Of a DNA stretch of 42,933 nucleotides, positions 17,517 to 25,749 are shown in pieces. Position 1 is the stretch's first letter. Every line of letters starts with the position of its first letter. The stretch is from the NCBI GenBank assembly GCA_964470015.1, contig CAYYBK010000001.1, positions 1 through 42,933 on the forward strand. The letters are read 5' to 3'. Source of the DNA: an uncultured Syntrophales bacterium. Its GTDB lineage: Bacteria > Desulfobacterota > Syntrophia > Syntrophales > Smithellaceae. The position numbers and the translations under genes were made by a program. The notes beneath the pieces were generated by a model, which was not told the DNA's origin, made no database searches, and saw nothing but the letters and a program-made list of their open reading frames with translations.

Positions 17517-17972
17517 TTGAACAACAGCGCAATCAAATTTCTGGCCTGCGGTTTCGGTTCCGGTCTGGCACCCCTTGCCCCGGGAACAGCAGGGACATTG
17601 GCAGGCATTCCTCTGTGTTTGCTCTGCTTTCCTTTACCCTGGTTTTTCCGTCTGCTTGTAGTGATCGCACTGCTGGCTTTTTCCATTTACATTGCCGGTC
17701 GTGCCGAAAAAATTTATCAGAAAAAGGATGATCAGCGCATTGTTATTGACGAGATTGTCGGCTTTCAAATCACTATGCTGCCCGTAATGATTACGGCCTT
17801 GCACCTGTGCATCGCATTCGTTCTGTTCCGCCTGTTCGATATTTTAAAACCTTTCCCGCTGCGGCGGCTGCAAAGCTTGCCCGGCGGCTGGGGAATCGTT
17901 ATGGACGATGTCGGCGCCGGAATTTATGCCGGAACTTTACTGGCTCTTTTCGCAGCATTTATAAATTTTTGA
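17517..17972 (+). CDS. pgpA: phosphatidylglycerophosphatase A
   Basis: PgpA signatures GFGSGLAPLAPGTAGTLAG, DDQRIVIDEIVG and RLFDILKPFP. The start is a TTG, 9 nt after GAGG. Confidence 0.8.
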   Translation: MNNSAIKFLACGFGSGLAPLAPGTAGTLAGIPLCLLCFPLPWFFRLLVVIALLAFSIYIAGRAEKIYQKKDDQRIVIDEIVGFQITMLPVMITALHLCIAFVLFRLFDILKPFPLRRLQSLPGGWGIVMDDVGAGIYAGTLLALFAAFINF

Positions 17973-18070
17973 TTAGCAGCAAAATCTGCGTTTACAGCGA
18001 AAGGCACCGGATCATTTAATATCAGGGAGAATAGACAGCATAAATAGTACTTTAACAAGGTGATTGCATC

Positions 18071-19318
18071 ATGAAAATAGCTGTTTTAACGATTGGTAAC
18101 GAATTAATGAGCGGCCGGACAGCCGATGCCAACTCTTCTTTTCTTGCCCGCGAGGCCAGCCTTCAGGGTTGGTCTGTCGAAGTAATGATGTCGGTCGAAG
18201 ATAATTTTGCTGCAATCAGCCACCGCATAAACTTTTTGCTGACTCTGGCGGATGTCATTATCTGCACGGGAGGTCTTGGCCCTACTGCCGATGACATCAC
18301 CACGGAAGCTATTGCCCGGGCGTTGGGGCTTCCTTTGTATCAAGATGAGGCCTCTTTAAATCACATTAAAAATATTTTCATGAAACGTAATCTCACCTGG
18401 ATAGAGAACAATACAAAGCAGGCCATGTTTCCGCAGGGAGCGGAAGTGATTGCCAATCCGGTTGGTACGGCACCGGGGTTCGCCCTCAAGACTTCCGGAA
18501 AGTGGATTTTTGTCATTCCCGGAATACCCCGGGAGGCACAAAGCATGTTTTCCACGGGAGTGCTGCCGATATTGCAGCGGGAATTCCCGCAAAAAGAACA
18601 GTATATGGTCAGGCAGACGATCAAGACCTTCGGCCTTACAGAATCCGCCATCGATAAAACACTGGCCGACATCGACTTTGCTATCCTGGGGGTAAGTATT
18701 GGTTTTTATCCGGTTTTTCCGGAAAATCATATTGTGCTCGTCTCCCGTCAGATGACGGACAACGCCGCCCGGGAAAAATTAAAACTAGCGCAGGATGAGG
18801 TTTACGCAAAGTTAAACAAATACATCTTTACCTGCGGGGAAGAAACCCTGGAAGAAATAGTGGCCAATTTGCTGAAAGAGAAAAAGATGACGATCGCCGT
18901 AGCGGAATCTTGTACCGGGGGACTTATTACCAACCGGCTTACCGATGTTCCCGGCAGTTCGGAATACATGGAGTGCGCGGTTGTTAGTTACAGCAATGCC
19001 GCTAAAATAAGCATGCTCGGTGTTCCTGCGGAGGTAATTGAAAAAAACGGCGCGGTGAGCGAAGAAACAGCACGTTTGATGGCTGAAGGAGCACGCAAAC
19101 TGGCCGGAACGGACTTAGGCCTGGCTTCAACAGGGATTGCCGGCCCCTCCGGTGGTAGTGAGAACAAGCCCGTCGGCACTGTTTACCTGGCCCTAAGCGC
19201 CGCGGATAAGACGATTTGCCGCCATCATGTTTATCGCTGGGACAGAAAAAGAAATAAACTTATCTTTTCCGAAGCGGCGCTGCATCTGCTGAAAAATTTT
19301 TTACAGGGGAAAGGATAA
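18071..19318 (+). CDS. cinA: competence/damage-inducible protein CinA (MoCF-like domain + nicotinamide-nucleotide amidase PncC domain)
   Basis: N-terminal GGLGPTADDIT and C-terminal AVAESCTGGL...GIAGPSGG. Confidence 0.85.
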   Translation: MKIAVLTIGNELMSGRTADANSSFLAREASLQGWSVEVMMSVEDNFAAISHRINFLLTLADVIICTGGLGPTADDITTEAIARALGLPLYQDEASLNHIKNIFMKRNLTWIENNTKQAMFPQGAEVIANPVGTAPGFALKTSGKWIFVIPGIPREAQSMFSTGVLPILQREFPQKEQYMVRQTIKTFGLTESAIDKTLADIDFAILGVSIGFYPVFPENHIVLVSRQMTDNAAREKLKLAQDEVYAKLNKYIFTCGEETLEEIVANLLKEKKMTIAVAESCTGGLITNRLTDVPGSSEYMECAVVSYSNAAKISMLGVPAEVIEKNGAVSEETARLMAEGARKLAGTDLGLASTGIAGPSGGSENKPVGTVYLALSAADKTICRHHVYRWDRKRNKLIFSEAALHLLKNFLQGKG

Positions 19319-19902
19319 TGCCTGAAGAAAAAACCATCCGCGCTTTTCTGGCTATCGATCCTCCGCCCGAAGTGCTGGCGGCGGTAGAAAGATTGCAGGA
19401 TAAATTAAAGAGGCAGATTAGTGGCTCCGTCAGCTGGACAAGGCCGCGAGGTAACCATCTGACGCTTAAATTTTTCGGAAACATAGATCGGACTGTTGCC
19501 AAGGATATCAGCTATATAGTTAAATCATGCATATCAAACGTTCCGCGTATGTTGCTGAGGATAGAAAATATCGGTGCCTTCCCGGACTTAAGGAAGCCGC
19601 GCATTCTCTGGATCGGTACATCAGGAGACATAACGCCATTAACTTGGCTGCAAAACAAGCTGGATAAATCTTTCGTTCAGCTGGGGTTCCCGCAGGAAAG
19701 CAGACCCTTTCAGGCTCATCTAACATTAGGCCGCATTAAAGACGCGCGGGCGGCTTCAGGAATCAGCGAGGCCATCAAAAAATACGGCAATTGCCGCGCG
19801 GGAGAATTCCATGTGGCGGGATTGATTTTATTTCAGAGCAATCTGACACCCCAGGGGGCAATTTATACCAGACTGGCAGAGTTTCCTTTTGGCAATTCAT
19901 AA
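19318..19902 (+). CDS. thpR: RNA 2',3'-cyclic phosphodiesterase (2H phosphoesterase, LigT/ThpR)
   Basis: Two H-x-T-x motifs, HLTLKF and HLTLGR. The start forms a TAATG overlap with the cinA stop. Confidence 0.8.
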   Translation: MPEEKTIRAFLAIDPPPEVLAAVERLQDKLKRQISGSVSWTRPRGNHLTLKFFGNIDRTVAKDISYIVKSCISNVPRMLLRIENIGAFPDLRKPRILWIGTSGDITPLTWLQNKLDKSFVQLGFPQESRPFQAHLTLGRIKDARAASGISEAIKKYGNCRAGEFHVAGLILFQSNLTPQGAIYTRLAEFPFGNS

Positions 19903-19949
19903 AATGATGGAGAATATATTTCTTAAATAAAACTTAACGGAGGTCACTT

Positions 19950-20972
19950 ATGTGTGCAGATTTAGATAGGTCTAAAGCAGTTGATCTGGCCATCACCCAA
20001 ATTGAAAGACAGTTCGGTAAGGGATCAATCATGAAGCTAGGCGGCAGCGAGCGCGTAACCGACATTTCCGCTATTTCTACCGGGTCACTCAGTCTGGACA
20101 TAGCTCTGGGCACCATGGGCGTCCCCCGCGGCCGCATCGTTGAAATATACGGGCCGGAATCCGGCGGCAAGACAACGCTTGCCCTGCATATTGTTGCCGA
20201 AGCGCAAAAACAGAACGGTATCGCGGCCTTCATCGACGCCGAGCATGCCCTTGACGTAACCTATGCTCAGAAAATCGGTGTCAATACGGACGATCTCCTT
20301 ATTTCCCAGCCGGATACGGGAGAACAGGCGCTCGAAATTGCCGAAACGCTGGTGCGCAGCGGCGCGCTGGACATTCTCGTTATCGACTCCGTTGCCGCGC
20401 TGGTGCCCAAGGCGGAGTTGGAAGGAGAAATGGGCGATGCCCAGATGGGACTGCAGGCGCGCCTTATGTCGCAGGCGTTGCGTAAACTTACGGGCAGCAT
20501 CAGCAAATCAAAAACCACTGTAATTTTTATTAATCAGCTGCGGATGAAAATAGGTGTGTTTTTCGGCAACCCGGAAACGACCACCGGCGGCAACGCGCTG
20601 AAATTTTACGCCTCGCAGCGGCTCGATATCCGGAAAATGACTTCTCTGAAAACCGGCCAGGATGTAACCGGCTTCAGAACAAAAGTAAAAGTGGTAAAAA
20701 ACAAACTTGCCCCCCCCTTCCGGGAAGCGGAATTCGATATTATTTTTGGCGAGGGTATTTCCCGCGAAGGAGACGTGCTGGACTTAGCGGCAGAACACGG
20801 TATCATTGAAAAAAGCGGTGCCTGGTATTCTTACAAAGGCGAACGCATCGGACAGGGGCGCGATAATTCCCGCACCTTTTTAAAAGGAAACCCCGCCGTA
20901 TTAAAACAAGTGGAAACCGATGTAAAAGAAAAACTTGGGTTGAAGATTGCAGCGCCGGAAGAAGCTAAATAA
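19950..20972 (+). CDS. recA: recombinase RecA
   Basis: Walker [10 protein letters not shown] plus [17 protein letters not shown] and [17 protein letters not shown] Shine-Dalgarno lies upstream. Confidence 0.97.
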   Translation: MCADLDRSKAVDLAITQIERQFGKGSIMKLGGSERVTDISAISTGSLSLDIALGTMGVPRGRIVEIYGPESGGKTTLALHIVAEAQKQNGIAAFIDAEHALDVTYAQKIGVNTDDLLISQPDTGEQALEIAETLVRSGALDILVIDSVAALVPKAELEGEMGDAQMGLQARLMSQALRKLTGSISKSKTTVIFINQLRMKIGVFFGNPETTTGGNALKFYASQRLDIRKMTSLKTGQDVTGFRTKVKVVKNKLAPPFREAEFDIIFGEGISREGDVLDLAAEHGIIEKSGAWYSYKGERIGQGRDNSRTFLKGNPAVLKQVETDVKEKLGLKIAAPEEAK

Positions 20973-21048
20973 ACAATTTTTTTCCGCGCTTTTAATTCGG
21001 ATGTCACGGCAAAAAAATTTAAAGAATGCGTCGTGACGACATAATTTT

Positions 21049-21579
21049 ATGCCGGACAAAACCACTGACCGGGCTAAAGAGATTGCGAACAGAGACCTTG
21101 GTCATGCCTTACAAAAGGCATACCGTCTTTTATCGTTGCGTGCACATAGTACCGGGGAAGTAGCAAAAAAGCTTAGAGAAAAAGGGGTTCCCCCTCTTGT
21201 CATTAAAGAAGCACTGGAAAAACTCCAGGATTTGAAGTATCTCAACGATGCTTATTTTGCTTCTCAATGGGCGCGCCATCTTGCCGTCAATAAACTTTGG
21301 GGCAACAAAAAGATATCAGCCAGTCTGCGCACCAAAGATGTACCGACTGATTTAATTGGTGCAGCAATCGAGACGGCAAGAAGCGAGATGACGGAAGAAG
21401 AAGCGGTTGATCTTTTGCTGAAGAAAAAAACGGCCGGCGGAAAAGACGGCCGGTTTGACATCAAAGAAAAAAGAACAATTTTTCAAAGTTTGCTGGCAAG
21501 GGGATTCCCGGCCGGTTTGATACTGAAAAAAATAGGGAAGATACCGGAGGAAGATATACATGGTGAAAACGGGCAGTGA
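21049..21579 (+). CDS. recX: recombination regulator RecX
   Basis: 176-aa helical-repeat protein immediately downstream of recA, with a RecX-like N-terminus LRLLSLRAHSTGEVAKKL. Its end overlaps the alaS start by 20 nt. Confidence 0.8.
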   Translation: MPDKTTDRAKEIANRDLGHALQKAYRLLSLRAHSTGEVAKKLREKGVPPLVIKEALEKLQDLKYLNDAYFASQWARHLAVNKLWGNKKISASLRTKDVPTDLIGAAIETARSEMTEEEAVDLLLKKKTAGGKDGRFDIKEKRTIFQSLLARGFPAGLILKKIGKIPEEDIHGENGQ

Positions 21580-24202
21580 AATCAGGGAAAGCTTTTTAAA
21601 ATTTTTTGAGGGAAAGGGGCATACAAGGGTAGCCAGCTCATCCCTGATCCCGAAAGATGATCCGACGTTGATGTTCACCAATTCGGGAATGGTTCAGTTC
21701 AAAAACGCTTTTCTGGGTCTGGAAAATCGCGGTTACACGCGCGCAGCATCCTGCCAGAAATCAGTCCGCGCCGGCGGTAAGCATAATGACCTGGAAAATG
21801 TCGGCGTTACCGCACGCCATCATACATTCTTTGAAATGCTCGGGAATTTCTCCTTCGGTGATTATTTCAAACAGGAAGCTATTGCCTGGAGCTGGGAGTA
21901 TCTGACGGGAATACTTAAATTACCTAAAGATAGGCTCTGGATAACGGTTTTTCAGGACGATGACGAAGCTTACAGCATCTGGAACAAGAAAATGAAAGTA
22001 GATGCTTCGCGCATTGTACGAATGGGCGAAAAAAGCAATTTCTGGATGATGGGTGAAACCGGTCCCTGCGGCCCTTGCTCCGAAATAATCTATGACCAGG
22101 GTGAAGGCATCGGCTGCGGACGCAAGGAATGCGATCTGGATTGCGGCTGCGACCGCTATTTGGAAATATGGAATCTTGTTTTCACTCAATTCGATCGTGA
22201 TGAAACAGGAAATTTGAATCCCTTGCCCAAACCGAATATCGACACCGGCATGGGACTGGAAAGACTTACCGCAGTCATTCAAGGCGTGAAAAGCAATTAT
22301 GATTGCGATCTCTTTACCCCCATCATTCGTTTTATGGAAAATACTTCCGGGAAAACTTACGGGAAAAACACCGAAAACGACATTTCCATCAGAGTAATTG
22401 CCGATCACAGCCGAGCGGTAACATTTCTCATCGGCGACGGCGTCCTGCCGGGCAATGAAGGCCGCGGTTATGTTCTGCGCCGCATTTTGCGCCGGGCGGC
22501 CCGTCACGGCAAACTCCTAGGGCTCAACAAGCCTTTCCTTCATCAGTGCGCCGAAGTGGTCATCGGAATGATGAAGAATGTTTATCCGGACTTGAACTCG
22601 AAGGCATCATTCATCACAAAAGTTATCGTCAACGAAGAACAACGGTTTATGGAAACGCTTGATGCCGGATTGCGCATCTTGCAGGAAGAAACCGCCGCAT
22701 TGAAAAAATCCGGCAGGAATATCATCCCCGGCGCGCTGGTGTTCAAACTTTACGACACCTTCGGGTTTCCCACCGATTTGACGGCGGATATTGTCCGGCA
22801 TGACGGCTTCGCCCTGGATACGGCGGGCTTCGAAGCGGAAATGGAACAACAGAGAGAAAGAGCCCGCGAAGCCTGGAAGGGAAGCGGCGAAGAAGTAATT
22901 GCCGAATGCTATCTAAAAGCGGCAAGTTCCGGAACCCTCACCGAATTCTGCGGCTATGAAGGAGTAACAAGAGCCGACTCAAAAATCTCTGCGATCTTCC
23001 GAGATGGTCAGCCGGTCGTAAGCCTGGAGGAAGGACAAGAAGCGGAAATTATCGTGGAGAAAACACCATTTTACGGCGAATCCGGTGGCCAGGTGGGAGA
23101 TACCGGCTATCTGGAGGGGAAAGGATTCATCTTTACAGTACAAGACACAAAAAAACCCGTCGAAAAATTGTTCGTGCATAAGGGAGTCGTTAAGAAAGGA
23201 GCCGCCAAGGTCGGCGATGAAGTCAATTTGATTGTTGATCTGGAAAAAAGGAGAGCCACACAGGCGAACCATTCCGGCACTCATATCCTGCAGGCGGCAC
23301 TCAAAGCCGTCCTGGGAGATCATATCAAACAATCCGGCTCGCTGGTTAATGCCGAGCGGCTGCGTTTCGATTTTTCACATTTTTCCAAAATCAGCGATGA
23401 AGAAATGATCCGCATCGAAGTAATTGCCAATGACATGATCAGGAAAAATGTCCCGGTGGCAACCGAAATTTGTGCGCTGGAAGACGCCCTGAAAACCGGA
23501 GCAACGGCCGTGTTCGATGAAAAATACGGTGCAGTCGTGCGTATCGTTAAAATGGGGGAAATGAGCATGGAATTATGCGGCGGTACCCATGTGGCCCGCA
23601 CCGGAGATATCGGTCTTTTGAAAATTATTCATGAAGCGGCAATTGCCGCCGGCATTCGCCGCATCGAAGCCGTCACCGGCAAAGGAGCAATTGCACACAT
23701 CCAGAAAACCGACGAAGAATTAAAACGCACGGCGGGATTATTTAAAGCCGGCCACCTCGAAGTTTACGACCGGGCCGAAAAGATTCTGAAGCAAATACGC
23801 GAGATGGAAAAAGAAATCGAATCGCTCAAGGGAAAAATCGCCGCCAAGGATTCCGGCGATCTCATTACTCAGACCAGGGAAATAGCCGGGGTGAAAGTTC
23901 TGGCAGCGGAAGTCAGCATCGCCGATGCCAAAACGCTGCGTGATTTCGGCGATAAGCTTCGTGACCGCCTGGAGTCGGGGATTATTCTCCTAGGCAGCAA
24001 AACCAATGAAAAAGCACTGCTTCTATGCATGGTTACCAAAGACCTGACCGTAAAATATTCCGCCGGTAATATTATCAAGCAACTTGCTCCGCTCATCGGC
24101 GGCAGTGGCGGCGGCCGTCCCGATATGGCCCAGGCCGGCGGCGCACAGCCGGAAAATCTGGCAAAAGTATTCCCGGCGCTGGACAAACTGTTGACCAAAT
24201 AA
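21560..24202 (+). CDS. alaS: alanine--tRNA ligase
   Basis: Motifs FTNSGMVQFK and CQKSVRAGGKHNDLENVG, editing-domain motifs HSGTHIL and CGGTHV, and the C-terminal DHHA1 segment GGSGGGRPDMAQAGG. Confidence 0.97.
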   Translation: MVKTGSEIRESFLKFFEGKGHTRVASSSLIPKDDPTLMFTNSGMVQFKNAFLGLENRGYTRAASCQKSVRAGGKHNDLENVGVTARHHTFFEMLGNFSFGDYFKQEAIAWSWEYLTGILKLPKDRLWITVFQDDDEAYSIWNKKMKVDASRIVRMGEKSNFWMMGETGPCGPCSEIIYDQGEGIGCGRKECDLDCGCDRYLEIWNLVFTQFDRDETGNLNPLPKPNIDTGMGLERLTAVIQGVKSNYDCDLFTPIIRFMENTSGKTYGKNTENDISIRVIADHSRAVTFLIGDGVLPGNEGRGYVLRRILRRAARHGKLLGLNKPFLHQCAEVVIGMMKNVYPDLNSKASFITKVIVNEEQRFMETLDAGLRILQEETAALKKSGRNIIPGALVFKLYDTFGFPTDLTADIVRHDGFALDTAGFEAEMEQQRERAREAWKGSGEEVIAECYLKAASSGTLTEFCGYEGVTRADSKISAIFRDGQPVVSLEEGQEAEIIVEKTPFYGESGGQVGDTGYLEGKGFIFTVQDTKKPVEKLFVHKGVVKKGAAKVGDEVNLIVDLEKRRATQANHSGTHILQAALKAVLGDHIKQSGSLVNAERLRFDFSHFSKISDEEMIRIEVIANDMIRKNVPVATEICALEDALKTGATAVFDEKYGAVVRIVKMGEMSMELCGGTHVARTGDIGLLKIIHEAAIAAGIRRIEAVTGKGAIAHIQKTDEELKRTAGLFKAGHLEVYDRAEKILKQIREMEKEIESLKGKIAAKDSGDLITQTREIAGVKVLAAEVSIADAKTLRDFGDKLRDRLESGIILLGSKTNEKALLLCMVTKDLTVKYSAGNIIKQLAPLIGGSGGGRPDMAQAGGAQPENLAKVFPALDKLLTK

Positions 24203-24532
24203 GATAAACGGGACTTAAATATTTACTTGCTACTGCTATGTTACGGGAAAGACAGCAACCCAGATAAAGGTGACTATTTAAAACTATGTGGTCAAATTTT
24301 TTGAGAATTCATATCAGGGGATGAAAATTTATATACGGATATCATCGAACCACTGGGGCACAAAGCCAAAGAAAGGAATGAAAAATTCTCCGCAGAATAC
24401 GCTAAAGTTATAAATAAATTTACCAGGGAATTTGCTGTCGATTATTGCTACACAACCGGATCAATATTATGGGCAAAGCTTGTTAAATTCAATTCCGGCA
24501 AGCCATCTGGCGATTCCGCTTTCTCCAATTAA
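24203..24532 (+). pseudogene. degenerate gene remnant (about 109 codons, no credible start, in-frame TGA at 24302-24304)
   Basis: The frame is open from directly after the alaS TAA to the TAA at 24530, interrupted by one TGA. Reading that TGA as W gives ...KGDYLKLCGQIFWEFISGDENLYTDIIEPLGHKAKERNEKF..., which has protein-like composition. There is no ATG, only a TTG at 24227. Confidence 0.35.
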
Positions 24533-24571
24533 TTATACCAATAAGACAACCGGCATAACCAAGAGGCAAAT

Positions 24572-25465
24572 ATGATCATCAGTTGCAGCCGCCGGACGGA
24601 TATTCCCGCCTTTTACAGCGACTGGTTTTTCAACCGGCTGCACGAGGGCTATGTCTCCGTAAGTAATCCGGTCAATGCCCGTCAGGTCCGGCATATTCCC
24701 CTTGCGCCACAGAATGTTGACTGCATCGTGTTCTGGACAAAAAATCCGGCACCAATGCTGGATCGGCTTTTTCTCCTGAAGGATTATCACTATTATTTTC
24801 AATTCACGCTGACACCGTACGATAAAGATATCGAACCCCGTCTGCCGCCGAAAATTCAACTACTCGATACTTTTATGAAACTTTCCGGGAAAATCGGCCC
24901 GCAAAGAGTAATATGGCGCTATGATCCGATATTATTGTCCAGAAATATAAATATTGACTATCATCTGGAACACTTTGCCGCGCTTGCCCGACATCTATCC
25001 GGCTATACAAAAAAATGCATGATCAGCTTTCTGGATATGTACCGCCATCTGCAGCGTAAACCTAAACCGGCAGGATTTTCCATCAGACCACCCACCGAAA
25101 CAGAAATGGAAGTTGTGGCGGAAAAGATTGCCCGGATTGCCGGAAACGAACAGATTATTGTCGAAACGTGTGCGGAAAAAATAGATTCCCCCTCCCGGGG
25201 CATTGCCCACGGCAGATGCATTGACGACCGATTGATCTCCGCATTGACCGGCAGGCGTTTAAAAGCAGCAAAGGATAAAAACCAAAGAGCCCTCTGCGGA
25301 TGCATCACCAGCATCGATATCGGCACATACAATACCTGCCGTCATCTGTGCATTTATTGCTACGCCAATACAAATTCCGGAAAAATGACCAGAAGTAAGT
25401 CCCGGCACAACACGGAAACAGCGCTTTTGCCAAGCAATATTTCCGAAATTTACGGCGGTAATTAA
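24572..25465 (+). CDS. DUF1848-family protein (uncharacterised, putative Fe-S protein)
   Basis: N-terminal IISCSRRTDIPAFYSDWF and the C-terminal Cys cluster CGCITSIDIGTYNTCRHLCIYCYAN are as I recall for DUF1848. An AAGAGG Shine-Dalgarno lies upstream. Confidence 0.7.
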   Translation: MIISCSRRTDIPAFYSDWFFNRLHEGYVSVSNPVNARQVRHIPLAPQNVDCIVFWTKNPAPMLDRLFLLKDYHYYFQFTLTPYDKDIEPRLPPKIQLLDTFMKLSGKIGPQRVIWRYDPILLSRNINIDYHLEHFAALARHLSGYTKKCMISFLDMYRHLQRKPKPAGFSIRPPTETEMEVVAEKIARIAGNEQIIVETCAEKIDSPSRGIAHGRCIDDRLISALTGRRLKAAKDKNQRALCGCITSIDIGTYNTCRHLCIYCYANTNSGKMTRSKSRHNTETALLPSNISEIYGGN

Positions 25466-25749
25466 ATATCCGGTTGATTTCTCGCACTCGCCGATATAAT
25501 CGGTGCGACTCATCAACGCTGTGGAAAAACTTTATACGGGATTGCAATATACAGGCGGATATCAAGCGCTTGATGAAAAAAATATGAAAAGGCGGTTTAG
25601 CACTGTGTAAAATATTTTAAGGCCGGCTTTGCAAGCCCGCCCTTTCATGATATGAAGGAAATAATCGGTCCGCAGCACCGGTGTCGGGCCGGACATTGCG
25701 GTAAACCGGCCAATTGCGTTAGTATAACATTTTAAAATAACAGGTATAT

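Noticed and set aside
20973-21048. recA-recX intergenic inverted repeat GTCACG...CGTGAC as a terminator
   Set aside because: The stem is only 6 bp, the loop is about 23 nt, and there is no U-run. It is not convincing as a terminator.
24302-24304. In-frame TGA as a selenocysteine codon, or alaS stop-codon read-through into the downstream open frame
   Set aside because: I could fold no convincing SECIS-like hairpin in the 40 nt after the TGA; there is only a 5-bp ATATC/GATAT stem with a large loop. A Trp codon fits the context, and the frame lacks a start. AlaS already ends with its normal C-terminus. A pseudogene is the simpler reading.
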